From the NCBI GenBank assembly GCA_965371665.1, contig CBDUZI010000016.1, forward strand, positions 1 through 38,766: a stretch of DNA of 38,766 bases. Reading direction: 5' to 3'. Numbering within the stretch: the first letter of the stretch is position 1; every line of letters begins with the position of its first letter. Shown here one piece after another: positions 29,211 through 38,725 of the stretch. The position numbers were made by a program, and so were the translations under genes. Source of the stretch: an uncultured bacterium. Its GTDB lineage: Bacteria; Oederibacteriota; JAAXVQ01; JAUVAV01. The notes below the pieces were generated by a model. That model had not been told where the DNA came from and searched no databases. It worked only from the letters and a program-made list of their open reading frames with translations.

Positions 29211-29696
29211 ATGCGTCATACGCTGTCTGTTTTAGTTGAAAATAAATCTGGAGTGCTGGCGCGCGTCGCCGGCTTATTTTCCGGCCGGGGATTCAACATT
29301 ACAAGTTTAACCGTGGGCGAAACCGAGGATGCCAGCACTTCACGCATGACCATTGTTGTGGCGGGTGATGATGCCATCCTCGAGCAGATTACCAAGCAGT
29401 TAAATAAACTGGTTGATACGATTAAAATTTATGATTTTACCGGCGAGGTTCATCTGGAGCGTGAATTGGCCTTAATCAAGGTGCAGGCCGAGGTGCGGTG
29501 CCGTTCGGAAATTACCCAGTTAGTGGAAATATTTCGCGCGAAAATTGTGGATGTTTCCGAGAAAAGTTTTACTCTGGAGATTACCGGGACAGCGGATAAA
29601 GTGAATGCTTTTATTGAATTGCTCCGGCCCTTCGGGATTCGGGAGCTTATCCGTACCGGCACGGTCGCGATTGCCCGGGAGAAGAAGAAGAAATAA
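29211..29696 (+). CDS. ilvN: acetolactate synthase small (regulatory) subunit, ACT domain
   Basis: 161 aa; [27 protein letters not shown] IlvH/IlvN N-terminus. Confidence 0.9.
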   Translation: MRHTLSVLVENKSGVLARVAGLFSGRGFNITSLTVGETEDASTSRMTIVVAGDDAILEQITKQLNKLVDTIKIYDFTGEVHLERELALIKVQAEVRCRSEITQLVEIFRAKIVDVSEKSFTLEITGTADKVNAFIELLRPFGIRELIRTGTVAIAREKKKK

Positions 29697-29715
29697 AAAA
29701 CAGGAGGAAAACAGC

Positions 29716-30711
29716 ATGGCCACAATGTATTTTGACAAGGATGCGGATTTAAAAGTTCTGAAGGAAAAAACTATTGCAATCCTGGGATATGGCAGCCAGG
29801 GACATGCCCATGCGCTCAACCTTAAAGATACCGGTCTGAAGGTCATAGCCGGAGAGCTCAAGGATTCGCCAGCCTGGAAGGCCGCCCAGCAGAGCGGAGT
29901 AGAGGTAATGACCGCCGGGGAAGCCTGCCAGGCCGCGGATATCATGATGATGCTGGTTCCGGATCCGCTGCAGCCGCAGGTTTACCGGGAAGCGGTGGAA
30001 CCGAACCTCAAAGAGGGGAAGGCGATCGCGTTCGCACATGGTTTTAATATCCACTATACTCAGATTATACCGCCTCCCGCGATAGATGTATTTATGGTGG
30101 CGCCCAAAGGACCGGGTCATATGGTGCGCCGGGTTTATACGGAAGGGGGCGGAGTGCCGGCCCTGGTGGCGGTCCAGCAAAATGCCACGGGTGAGGCGCT
30201 GAAGATCGGTTTGGCATACGCCAAGGGCATCGGATGCACCCGGGCCGGAGTAATGGAGACAACTTTCCGCGATGAGACCGAGACTGACCTTTTCGGAGAG
30301 CAGTGCGTGCTTTGCGGCGGCCTGACCGAATTAGTTAAAGCCGGATATGAAACCCTGGTAGAAGCGGGGTATCAGCCCGAGAATGCTTACTATGAGTGTT
30401 TGCATGAGCTCAAGTTAATCATTGACCTAATGTATGAAAATGGTATTTCCGGCATGCGGCAGAGTATTTCCGAGACCGCCAAATATGGAGATATTACGCG
30501 GGGCAAGCGGATCATTACCGGGGAGACCCGCCAGGAGATGAAAAAAATTCTGAAGGAAATCCAAAGCGGTGAATTTGCGCGTGAGTGGATTCTGGAAAAC
30601 CAGGCCGGCCGGCCGGTATATAACGCCATTTTAAACCAGGAAGCCGGGCATCCGGTCGAGATAGTCGGCAAACAGCTGCGGAGTATGATGGGGTGGATCG
30701 CAAAAAAATAA
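29716..30711 (+). CDS. ilvC: ketol-acid reductoisomerase
   Basis: 331 aa from ATG 29716 (AGGAGG RBS); [13 protein letters not shown] Rossmann motif and class I KARI core; the ORF track begins upstream at 29605 in the ilvN tail. Confidence 0.95.
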   Translation: MATMYFDKDADLKVLKEKTIAILGYGSQGHAHALNLKDTGLKVIAGELKDSPAWKAAQQSGVEVMTAGEACQAADIMMMLVPDPLQPQVYREAVEPNLKEGKAIAFAHGFNIHYTQIIPPPAIDVFMVAPKGPGHMVRRVYTEGGGVPALVAVQQNATGEALKIGLAYAKGIGCTRAGVMETTFRDETETDLFGEQCVLCGGLTELVKAGYETLVEAGYQPENAYYECLHELKLIIDLMYENGISGMRQSISETAKYGDITRGKRIITGETRQEMKKILKEIQSGEFAREWILENQAGRPVYNAILNQEAGHPVEIVGKQLRSMMGWIAKK

Positions 30712-31448
30712 AACAGACAATTCTTAAGCGGACCCGGAAGAGTGTAACCAAGGCTTCCCGGATTATGGCAAAACCCTGGCGGCGCAGCGTTCCATATATT
30801 TTTATGGGAACGGTGTTTATTCTGGGATTTTGCGCTCTCTTGCTGGTGGTTCAGGAAAAGCTGGCCCTGGCCGGCCGGGTGGTTCTGGTTGCGATGGTAT
30901 TGGCTGGAATTGAGTATCATTTCCGCAAATTTTCAGCCGGGCCGAGCAGCATGGAGGATGAATTTTCCGCGCTGAGCGATATTCTCTGTTTTACCGTGGT
31001 CCCGGGGTTTCTAATTTATGGGCTGGCTTTTCGCGGCTGGGGTACCCTGGGATTAATCGCCCTGTTTATTATTATTTTCGGGGGATTGAGCCGGCTCTCG
31101 CTTTACAAGATATATAATCCCATAACCGTGACGAGGGGTTTTATCGGGATTCCCTTAACCATTAACGCGGCCTTTATTTCCCTGGTAGCTCAGCTGGTGG
31201 AGCCGGGCGGCCTGGAGCCGGGATACCGGCTGGCGCTCCTGGCCGTGGTAATTGGCTTGACTTTTCTGACGGTAAGTACCATCCCTTATCCCAATCCAGC
31301 TGATCGGCCGGTTATCTTTTTACTGGTTCTGTTGGCCGTGGCGATGATATTTTTAGGCCCGACGGCTGCTAAGATAGCAACTTGGCTGCTGCTTGTGGGT
31401 GGGACGATTTATATAGTTGTCGCGCCGTTTGGAGCGAAGAAAGGGTAA
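30693..31448 (+). CDS. polytopic membrane protein, CDP-alcohol phosphatidyltransferase (PssA)-like fold with degenerate catalytic motif
   Basis: Segments align with Bacillus PssA ([16 protein letters not shown] vs ELDSLADLVTFGVAP; FIGIPL vs FIGMPIP), but the D-G-x2-A-R...G-x3-D-x3-D signature is largely replaced (AGIEYHFRK...E..S...D); GTG start at 30693 overlaps ilvC, alternative ATG at 30765. Confidence 0.4.
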   Translation: MDRKKIKQTILKRTRKSVTKASRIMAKPWRRSVPYIFMGTVFILGFCALLLVVQEKLALAGRVVLVAMVLAGIEYHFRKFSAGPSSMEDEFSALSDILCFTVVPGFLIYGLAFRGWGTLGLIALFIIIFGGLSRLSLYKIYNPITVTRGFIGIPLTINAAFISLVAQLVEPGGLEPGYRLALLAVVIGLTFLTVSTIPYPNPADRPVIFLLVLLAVAMIFLGPTAAKIATWLLLVGGTIYIVVAPFGAKKG

Positions 31449-31454
31449 ACCAGC

Positions 31455-33002
31455 ATGCCTGAAACAGTAATAATATTTGACACTACTTTGCGGGATGGGG
31501 AGCAATCTCCCGGGGCCGGCCTGGATAGGAACCAAAAAGTGGAGATAGCCCGGGCTTTGGAAGCCTTGGGAGTGGATGTCATAGAGGCCGGATATCCCAT
31601 TTCTTCGCCTGGTGATTTTGAGGCAGTGCAGGCTGTGACCAAGGCAGTTAGAGAACCCGTAGTAGCGGGATTGGCCCGTTGCCAGAAGGCGGATATCAAG
31701 ACAGCTTGGCAGGCTCTGCAGAATGCCAGGCAGCCTCGAATTCACCTCTTTCTCTCAACCTCACCCTTGCATATGAAATACAAGCTGAAGAAAAGACCAG
31801 AGGAAGTAATGCGCATTGCGGCTGATATGACCCGTTATGCGTGTTCGCTTTGCCCGGATGTACAATTTTCGCCGGAGGATGCCACCCGTAGTGAGTTGCC
31901 ATTTCTGGCCCAGATTGTAGAAACCGTGATTCAGGCAGGAGCCGCGACCATCAATATTCCAGATACCGTAGGATATACTACGCCTGGGGAATTTGAGATT
32001 TTAATTCGCGAATTGTACGCTCGCGTTCCCAGCCTCCAGCAAACCATGGTTTCTGTGCATTGCCATAATGATCTGGGCATGGCCACAGCGAATTCTCTGG
32101 CTGCGATCCGCGGGGGCGCCCGCCAGGTAGAGTGTACCATAAACGGTCTGGGCGAACGCGCAGGTAACGCGGCGTTGGAAGAGGTTGTGATGGCCCTCAA
32201 GACCCGTGCGAAATTTTTTAGGGTACGGACCAATATTCAAACCCGGCAGATTGTGCGCGTATCCCGTCTGGTATCCACAGCCACGGGTATCGTGGTTCAG
32301 CCGAATAAGGCCATTGTGGGTGGTAATGCCTTTGCCCATGAAGCCGGAATCCACCAGGATGGGATCATTAAGAAGAGATTGACCTATGAAATTATGAATG
32401 CCAAGGATATTGGGCTTAAGGCAAACCGGCTGGTTTTAGGCAAGCATTCCGGCCGGCACGCCTTGGCCAAAAGGCTCCGGGAATTAGGCTGTCACCTGGG
32501 CGAAAAAGAATTCCCAGCTTTTTTCGGGCGCTTTAAGGAACTGGCGGATAAAAAGAAAGAGGTTTTTGATGAAGATTTATTGGCGCTAATGGAAGAGAGT
32601 ATAGGTGCGCCCAAGACGGTCTACACCTTGGAACACGTCCAGGCCTCTTCGGGAAGCGGCATGGTACCCACGGCCGCGGTCCGGCTGCTTAAAAAGGGGC
32701 AGGTGTTTCAGGGATCCGGGACTGGCGATGGCCCGGTGGACGCGGTGTATAAAACTATAGACGCTCTCTTGGGCCGGCAGCACAAATTGATCGGTTATGC
32801 GATTAAGGCCATTACCGGCGGAACCGATGCCCAGGGCGAGGTCGCAGTACAACTGGCCAGCCATGGCCGGGTGATTACCGGTCGGGGAGCGCATACTGAT
32901 ATTATTATTGCCTCGGCCAAGGCATATATTAATGCTTTAAACCGCCTGGAAGTAATGGAGAACAGGAAGGCACATGGCAAAAAAAAGACTTTATCGCAGT
33001 AA
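31455..33002 (+). CDS. leuA: 2-isopropylmalate synthase (long form with C-terminal regulatory domain)
   Basis: 515 aa; LRDGEQ, HCHNDLGMATAN, GLGERAGNAALEE motifs. Confidence 0.95.
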   Translation: MPETVIIFDTTLRDGEQSPGAGLDRNQKVEIARALEALGVDVIEAGYPISSPGDFEAVQAVTKAVREPVVAGLARCQKADIKTAWQALQNARQPRIHLFLSTSPLHMKYKLKKRPEEVMRIAADMTRYACSLCPDVQFSPEDATRSELPFLAQIVETVIQAGAATINIPDTVGYTTPGEFEILIRELYARVPSLQQTMVSVHCHNDLGMATANSLAAIRGGARQVECTINGLGERAGNAALEEVVMALKTRAKFFRVRTNIQTRQIVRVSRLVSTATGIVVQPNKAIVGGNAFAHEAGIHQDGIIKKRLTYEIMNAKDIGLKANRLVLGKHSGRHALAKRLRELGCHLGEKEFPAFFGRFKELADKKKEVFDEDLLALMEESIGAPKTVYTLEHVQASSGSGMVPTAAVRLLKKGQVFQGSGTGDGPVDAVYKTIDALLGRQHKLIGYAIKAITGGTDAQGEVAVQLASHGRVITGRGAHTDIIIASAKAYINALNRLEVMENRKAHGKKKTLSQ

Positions 33003-33017
33003 ATCCGACCGGATGCT

Positions 33018-33113
33018 GGCCGGAGTTCTGGCAGGACAGGCGCGTATCCAGTGACTTTTAAGCCTTTGAAAATCAAAGCCGCTGGATTCCCGCTAAAGGC
33101 ATGCGGGAATGAC
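33018..33113. repeat. modular palindromic interspersed element in the leuA-leuC spacer
   Basis: ggcaggacaggc..gtatccagtgacttttaa..ctttgaaaatcaaagccgctggattcccgctaaaggcatgcgggaatgacat; 50-nt block identical to 8831-8880 and the head matches 37850-37900. Confidence 0.8.
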
Positions 33114-33179
33114 ATGTTTGGTTTTACTTAAAGTGGTTTCCGCAACGGCTACCAACTGCAAAATTATGAAAGGAGTAGG

Positions 33180-34484
33180 TTGATTATGCCGCAACCAATG
33201 ACAATCAGCGAGAAAATTCTGGCGCGGGCGGCCGGAAGGAAATTTGTTGCGCCGGGAGAGATGATTTTTGCCCGGCTGGATATCTGCCTGGGAAATGATA
33301 TTACCGCCCCCCTGGCAATCAAGGAATTCTACGCCAACGGCGGCAAGCGGGTTTTTGACCGCAAACGAGTGGCCTTAATCCACGATCATTTTACTCCCAA
33401 CAAGGATATTAAATCAGCCCAGCAGACCAAGATCCTGCGTGAATTCGCCCACGAGCAAAAATTAAAGTATTACTGGGACCAGGGAGAGTGCGGGGTTGAG
33501 CATGTCCTGCTGCCGGAGCAGGGAGTGGTAGTTCCCGGTGATTTAATCATAGGCGCGGACTCTCATACCTGCACTTATGGAGCCTTGGGAGCTTTTGCTA
33601 CGGGCGTGGGGTCCACGGACCTGGCAGCTGCCATGCTGACCGGCCGGGCCTGGTTCCGCGTGCCTTCCAGCATCAAGCTTATATTTAAAGGAAGGATGCC
33701 TAAGGACGTAACTGCCAAGGATTTAATCCTGCTGGCCATTGCGCGTCTGGGTGTGGACGGGGCCAATTATCGGGCCCTGGAATTCACGGGTCCGGTGATT
33801 TCCGGCCTGTCCATGGCCGGGCGTTTTACCATGAGTAATATGGCGATCGAAGCCGGGGGCAAAGCCGGACTGGTTGTGCCTGACGCTGTCACTAAGAAGT
33901 ATTCTAAGGGACGCGCCCAGCGTAAGCCGTGTTACTATGCCTCGGATGCAGGTGCGGTTTACGAAAGAGTGGAGGAATTCGAGATTAGCCGGCTGGAACC
34001 GCTGGTAGCCAGGCCTCATCTGCCATCCAATGTAGAACCGGTTTCCCGCCTGAAAAATATAGTTTTAGACCAGGCAGTAATCGGTTCGTGCACCAACGGC
34101 CGGATTGAGGATCTGCGCGAAGCAGCCAAGCTCTTAAAAGGCAAGCGGGTCAGTCCACGGGTTAGAACTATAATTTTTCCAGCTACGCCGGCAATCTGGA
34201 AGCAGGCGCTTAAGGAAGGGCTGATGGAAGTTTTCATCTCGGCCGGATGCATTATTTCGCCTCCGACCTGCGGACCCTGCCTGGGCGGGCACATGGGCGT
34301 TCTGGCAGAAGGCGAGCGCGCCGTAGCCACGACCAACCGGAATTTCGTGGGGCGTATGGGTCATACCAAGAGCGAAGTATATCTGGCCTCGCCCGGTGTA
34401 GCCGCAGCTTCAGCCATAAAAGGGCGCTTGGCGCTTCCGCAGGAAGTTCGCGGGGCGGATTGGAAAAAGGGAGTGAAAAAATGA
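33180..34484 (+). CDS. leuC: 3-isopropylmalate dehydratase large subunit (aconitase family, type II)
   Basis: 434 aa; aconitase-family Cys ligands (GADSHTCT, SCTNGR, PPTCGPCLG). Confidence 0.9.
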   Translation: MIMPQPMTISEKILARAAGRKFVAPGEMIFARLDICLGNDITAPLAIKEFYANGGKRVFDRKRVALIHDHFTPNKDIKSAQQTKILREFAHEQKLKYYWDQGECGVEHVLLPEQGVVVPGDLIIGADSHTCTYGALGAFATGVGSTDLAAAMLTGRAWFRVPSSIKLIFKGRMPKDVTAKDLILLAIARLGVDGANYRALEFTGPVISGLSMAGRFTMSNMAIEAGGKAGLVVPDAVTKKYSKGRAQRKPCYYASDAGAVYERVEEFEISRLEPLVARPHLPSNVEPVSRLKNIVLDQAVIGSCTNGRIEDLREAAKLLKGKRVSPRVRTIIFPATPAIWKQALKEGLMEVFISAGCIISPPTCGPCLGGHMGVLAEGERAVATTNRNFVGRMGHTKSEVYLASPGVAAASAIKGRLALPQEVRGADWKKGVKK

Positions 34485-34975
34485 AATTTCAAGGTAAAAC
34501 CTACAAATTCGGGGATAATGTCAACACTGACGAGATTATTCCGGCACGCTATCTGAATACCAGCGATCCCCAAGAACTCGCGGCCCACGTGATGGAAGAC
34601 GCGGATCCCGGTTTCCCCGGCCTGGTAAAACCGGGAGATATTGTAGTGGCAGGAAGCAACTTTGGCTGCGGCTCTTCCCGCGAGCACGCGCCCTTGGCTC
34701 TGAAGACCGCGGGCGTGGCATGCATAGTAGCCGCAAGTTTTGCCCGGATTTTCTACCGCAATGCCTTTAATATCGGGCTGCCTATCCTGGAATGTCCGGA
34801 TGCTGCTTCTGAAATTCAGGCTGGGCAGGAAATAGCCATTGACGCCGGCCAGGGAATAATCAAGAACCTGAGCACGGGTAAAATCTATCAGGTTGCGCCC
34901 ATCCCGTCTTTTATGCAGGAACTGGTCGCAGCCGGAGGATTGATGGAGTATGTGAAGAAGAATTTAACCGCTTAA
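34481..34975 (+). CDS. leuD: 3-isopropylmalate dehydratase small subunit
   Basis: 164 aa from ATG 34481, overlapping the leuC stop (ATGA); GDNVNTDEIIPARYL and GSNFGCGSSREHAP LeuD motifs; the ORF track begins upstream out of context. Confidence 0.9.
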   Translation: MKFQGKTYKFGDNVNTDEIIPARYLNTSDPQELAAHVMEDADPGFPGLVKPGDIVVAGSNFGCGSSREHAPLALKTAGVACIVAASFARIFYRNAFNIGLPILECPDAASEIQAGQEIAIDAGQGIIKNLSTGKIYQVAPIPSFMQELVAAGGLMEYVKKNLTA

Positions 34976-35009
34976 AGCTTGTGGGAAGAGAGACAGGAGA
35001 GAGTGAAAA

Positions 35010-35618
35010 TCAGCGTTTTTGCATCCGGCGCAGAACACCGATGACAATACCCTGGATACGCAGGTCTCCGGCCTCGACATAAATCGGCTGCATTCCCGTG
35101 TTGGAGGGCTGGAGCCGAATACGGCCGGCTTCGCAATAGAAGCGCTTGACAGTCGCTTTGTTTTCGATTAGCGCCACCACAATCTCGCCGTTTTCTGCCT
35201 GGCTGCGTTTTTCCACGATGATGTGATCACCATCCACGATGTGGTCCCCGATCATGGAATCGCCCTTGACGCGCAAGACAAAAGTCTCATGGTTTCCCAG
35301 CATTTCCTCAGGCAACACCATACTCTCAGGATGTTCCAGAGCTTCAATGGGTGAGCCGGCCGCTACCCGGCCCAGCAGCGGTACTTCCCGGGCACGCGGC
35401 GGCTCGTCCGGTGGTTTTAATGTAACATGGCGGGCACGCCCGTCCTCCCGGCTAAGCGCTCCTTTCTCCTCCAGCGTTTTGAGATGTTTATGCACCGTGG
35501 CAACCGAGGAGAGGCCGAAGTGCTCGCCAATCTCGCGCAAGGTTGGAGCATAGCCATGAGTATGGATATAGGTTTGCACAAAATCCAGGATTTGTTTCTG
35601 TTTGCGGGTTAATACCAC
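35010..35618 (-). CDS. lexA: SOS repressor LexA (S24 self-cleaving peptidase)
   Basis: 202 aa; N-terminal winged HTH (LTRKQKQILDF..GYAPTLREIGE), cleavage-site AAG, catalytic GDSM Ser and downstream Lys (KRF); GTG start with AAGGAGG RBS. Confidence 0.9.
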   Translation of the reverse strand: MVLTRKQKQILDFVQTYIHTHGYAPTLREIGEHFGLSSVATVHKHLKTLEEKGALSREDGRARHVTLKPPDEPPRAREVPLLGRVAAGSPIEALEHPESMVLPEEMLGNHETFVLRVKGDSMIGDHIVDGDHIIVEKRSQAENGEIVVALIENKATVKRFYCEAGRIRLQPSNTGMQPIYVEAGDLRIQGIVIGVLRRMQKR

Positions 35619-35629
35619 CTTGCCACCTC

Positions 35630-35664
35630 CTTACAATATTTGCCATTTGTTCGCATTGTGTCAA
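35630..35664 (-). promoter_or_regulatory. putative lexA promoter (TTGACA-17 nt-AAATAT on the - strand)
   Basis: Reverse complement reads cgcTTGACAcaatgcgaacaaatggcAAATATtgtaaggagg; -35 at 35658-35663. Confidence 0.3.
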
Positions 35665-35753
35665 GCGATATTTCGTAAAAGATTCGCTCTGCCACCGAGC
35701 GAGAATGACATAATCGGCATATTGGGCCGTAAAATGAGTAGTGAGGACCGGAA

Positions 35754-37043
35754 TCATACCCCCAGCTTGATTACCACTTTGGTCCCGGCGCCCGGCTTAC
35801 TCTCGATATTTATGGATCCCCCGTGGGCTTCGATGATGCGTTTGCAAATACTCAGGCCCAGGCCGAATCCGCCGGTGGCTTTGGAGCGGGAAGGATCAAC
35901 GCGATAGAAGGGCTCGAAAATAAAAGGCAGGTCTTTTTCCGGGATTCCGATGCCGTCGTCCTGGATCGTAATCAGGGCCTGCGATTTATATTCCTCCAGG
36001 GTTAATTGAATAGGTTTACTGTCAGGCCGGGAGTACTTAATCGCGTTTTCTATAACATTCTCCAGGACCGTTTTTATCTGCGGAGAATCAATCGGAAGGT
36101 TGATGTCATGACTTTCCGCTGTGAAGACTACGCCCGGCGGGCGCGTTTGATGGTTTTTGACGACATTTTTTATTAGTGGGCTCAAGTTGGCCGGTGTTTT
36201 GTCCGGGTTCCAATTGAGGTTGTCCCATTTGCCGGCTTCCAATATTTTATTGATTAGCAGTTCCATTTCTTTCACGTCATCTTCCAGGGTCTCTTTATTT
36301 TCATTAGCCGGAAGAAGTTCCAGGGCGACTTTCATGCGGGTTAAAGGCGAACGGATTTCGTGACTGATATCCATCAATATCTGGTCTTTGGCCTTGATCA
36401 TTTCCCGAAGCCTTTTGGTCATCTGATTGAATGATTGGGCCAACTTGCCCAGTTCATCCTTGCGGCGGACACGGATTTCGTGATGCAAGTCGCCCCGGCT
36501 CAGGGCCTGGACGCCGTGATTTAATAACACCAGGGGTTTTAATATCCACTTAATCCATAACCAGGCGCTAAAAAAGATAAGGGCCAGCAGCAGGATTAGT
36601 CCAATCACAAATTCTTCCGGGAGGTCTACCGCGGTTTTGAAGTTCGGATGGAATAAATATTTGCCATGATCCCGGGAAACCACGATATAGGCCGGAGGGT
36701 GTCTTTTCCCATAGCGTTGGTTGTTTTTTTCGGCCTGGGCCAGGCTGATTAAATCCGGCGAAGTAGTCCAGCGGTTCTGCGCGCCTTCGTATCGGATATC
36801 AAAAAAATAATTTTCAGAAATGGCCTGGGCTTTATTGAAATCCGGAGGGGAGCCTAAATCCTCGATCAGGTAATTGATATAGGCCACCATGTTTTTCTTA
36901 AAAGGACTTTCCGTGCGATGATGAATAATGAACTTGAAAAAAATGCCCACCGAAAATATTACGGCCAAACCTGTGAGTAAAACCACCACGAGTAGTTGTA
37001 GAAATATGGACCCGTGAAATTCATTGCGAACGCCGGGTTTCAT
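35754..37043 (-). CDS. sensor histidine kinase (2 TM, periplasmic domain, HAMP, HisKA, HATPase_c; CpxA/BaeS-like architecture)
   Basis: 429 aa; H-box ISHEIRSPLT, N/G boxes (ENAIKYS, DDGIGIP, GGFGLGLSICKRI); start abuts the regulator gene stop. Confidence 0.85.
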   Translation of the reverse strand: MKPGVRNEFHGSIFLQLLVVVLLTGLAVIFSVGIFFKFIIHHRTESPFKKNMVAYINYLIEDLGSPPDFNKAQAISENYFFDIRYEGAQNRWTTSPDLISLAQAEKNNQRYGKRHPPAYIVVSRDHGKYLFHPNFKTAVDLPEEFVIGLILLLALIFFSAWLWIKWILKPLVLLNHGVQALSRGDLHHEIRVRRKDELGKLAQSFNQMTKRLREMIKAKDQILMDISHEIRSPLTRMKVALELLPANENKETLEDDVKEMELLINKILEAGKWDNLNWNPDKTPANLSPLIKNVVKNHQTRPPGVVFTAESHDINLPIDSPQIKTVLENVIENAIKYSRPDSKPIQLTLEEYKSQALITIQDDGIGIPEKDLPFIFEPFYRVDPSRSKATGGFGLGLSICKRIIEAHGGSINIESKPGAGTKVVIKLGV

Positions 37044-37736
37044 TTACACTTCCTCGTCAATGAAAATATAGCCGGTTCCCCGGATGGTCTTGATAAACCT
37101 GGGTTTCCTGGGGTCATCCGACAGCTTTTGCCGCAAGCGGCTGATTAGAACATCTATCGAACGATTGTAGGCTTCCCACTCCAGGCCGCGCATTCTGTCC
37201 AGTAATTGATCCCGGTTAAAAACCTGGCCGGGTGATTTTATAAATACCGCCAGGATTTCAAACTCCATAGTGGTCAGATTCAAGAGCTTTTTTCCCAGCC
37301 GGGCTTCGTGACGAATAAGATTCAATGTGAAATGCCTGGTTTTTAAGGCGTGGGAATGATTGCCTTGCCGGTTTCGGCCTCTTCGTAGGATGCTCTGGAG
37401 GCGGGCCACTAATTCGCGGGGTTCGAATGGTTTGGGCAGGTAATCGTCAGCGCCCAATTCCAGGCCGATCACGCGGTCCGTGACTTCGCCCCGCGCGGTA
37501 AGCATGATAATGGGAATGGCATAATTCTCGCGGATGGCTTTACATACCTCAAAGCCATTTTTATCAGGCAGCATAACATCCAGAATAATGATATCCGGAA
37601 GCTGTTGGCGAATTTGCTTGAGACCTGATTGCGGATGGGTAACGGCGGTTACTTTAAAATTATATTTGGATAAATAAGTTTTTAATAAGAGGTTGAGTTT
37701 TTGGTCGTTATCAATAATCAGGACTGTTTTGCTCAT
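37044..37736 (-). CDS. OmpR-family response regulator (receiver plus winged-helix)
   Basis: About 230 aa from ATG 37736 (MSKTVLIIDND; GGAG RBS); phospho-acceptor in IILDVMLPD, OmpR C-terminal wHTH (FIKTIRGTGYIF); the ORF track's upstream 33 codons look like spacer read-through. Confidence 0.85.
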   Translation of the reverse strand: MSKTVLIIDNDQKLNLLLKTYLSKYNFKVTAVTHPQSGLKQIRQQLPDIIILDVMLPDKNGFEVCKAIRENYAIPIIMLTARGEVTDRVIGLELGADDYLPKPFEPRELVARLQSILRRGRNRQGNHSHALKTRHFTLNLIRHEARLGKKLLNLTTMEFEILAVFIKSPGQVFNRDQLLDRMRGLEWEAYNRSIDVLISRLRQKLSDDPRKPRFIKTIRGTGYIFIDEEV

Positions 37737-37830
37737 CTTAAATAGCTCCGTTGGGATCAAATCGTTTCTGCGGCGGAAAGGCAAATTTCGGCTGATTTGC
37801 CCCTGGGAGCCTGAGCATTTAGTGCATTTT

Positions 37831-37980
37831 GTCATACCCGCATGTAGTAAGCGGGTATCCAGTGACTTTTAAATTCTTTTTAAAATCAAAGCCTCTGGAT
37901 TCCTGCCTGTCCTGCCAGTCCTGGATGATTTTGTCCAGGGGATGGTTTAGTCCAGGGATAAAAGCATTCGGGAATGACAA
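37831..37980. repeat. modular palindromic interspersed element between the LTXXQ gene and the two-component operon
   Basis: gtcatacccgcatg..cgggtatccagtgacttttaa..aaaatcaaagcc..cctgtcctgcc..cctggatgattttgtccagggg..cattcgggaatgaca: a composite of modules seen at 8765-8880, 33018-33113 and 10075-10194. Confidence 0.8.
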
Positions 37981-38051
37981 CCTTAAAAAACCCGACTAAT
38001 TGCTCAAGCTCCTATCCGGTCACCCCGGCACAATTTCAGGCCGGCCCGGCT

Positions 38052-38519
38052 CTATTTATCATGATGAAACTTGCCGAAATGATTATGAAATTTTTCCAAT
38101 TTTCCAACCAGCTTCTGTCGCTGCGCCGGAGTAAGTATGGCATGAAATTCAGCAAATTTCGATATAAAATATTTCTTCATTCCAGAATGGTTTTCGTGCT
38201 GTTGTTCGAAAAGTTGGTTAAGCGTTGTTTCATCAATTTGATCGCTTAGGAGTTGCGCTTTAATGGCATCGTGCATCTGTTCGCGCTCAGGCCTGGGTTT
38301 TTTGTGGTGGGTTAAGATATCCTGCTTGATACTCGCCAATTTGATTTTTTGCGATTCATCCAATTTTAATTCCCTGGCTATTTTTTTTGCAATCCAATCC
38401 GCCCGTTTTTCCGGTGATCCGAAGAAAAACTTGCCCGGGTGATGGGGGCCGCAGCCTGTAAGCATAAACCCTCCGGTTAAAATTAATATTGCCAGACCTG
38501 CCAGTACTAATGTTTTCAT
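38052..38519 (-). CDS. periplasmic LTXXQ-motif protein (Spy/CpxP/ZraP family), lipoprotein
   Basis: 155 aa; lipoprotein signal (LTGCG); helical, His/Lys-rich; LTPAQRQKL and LDESQKIKL LTXXQ-type motifs. Confidence 0.65.
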   Translation of the reverse strand: MKTLVLAGLAILILTGGFMLTGCGPHHPGKFFFGSPEKRADWIAKKIARELKLDESQKIKLASIKQDILTHHKKPRPEREQMHDAIKAQLLSDQIDETTLNQLFEQQHENHSGMKKYFISKFAEFHAILTPAQRQKLVGKLEKFHNHFGKFHHDK

Positions 38520-38646
38520 CGTTCCTTCCTCCTTTTAATGAATTTTTTAGCTTCTGGATAAACCATAGCAAATCAAGATTAACGGAGTATTTCAGGAATG
38601 TAATAATTTGTAACTAGGAGTTTGAGCATGTAGTCGGTTTTTCAGG

Positions 38647-38678
38647 TTGTCATTCCCGAATGTTTCAATCGGGAATCG
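38647..38678. repeat. short hairpin module of the GTCATTCCCGAATG family
   Basis: gtcattcccgaatgtttcaatcgggaatcg: 8-bp stem attcccga/tcgggaat. Confidence 0.6.
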
Positions 38679-38725
38679 TGCGCCTCACCCAGCCAAACGA
38701 GGGTAAGCGTTAAATTAACCACATA

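Noticed and set aside
37737-37835. 33-codon N-terminal extension of the OmpR-type regulator in the six-frame ORF (MTKCTKCSGSQ...)
   Set aside because: The internal ATG at 37736 has a GGAG RBS and begins a canonical receiver N-terminus (MSKTVLIIDND). The upstream part overlaps the repeat element, so the shorter gene is preferred.
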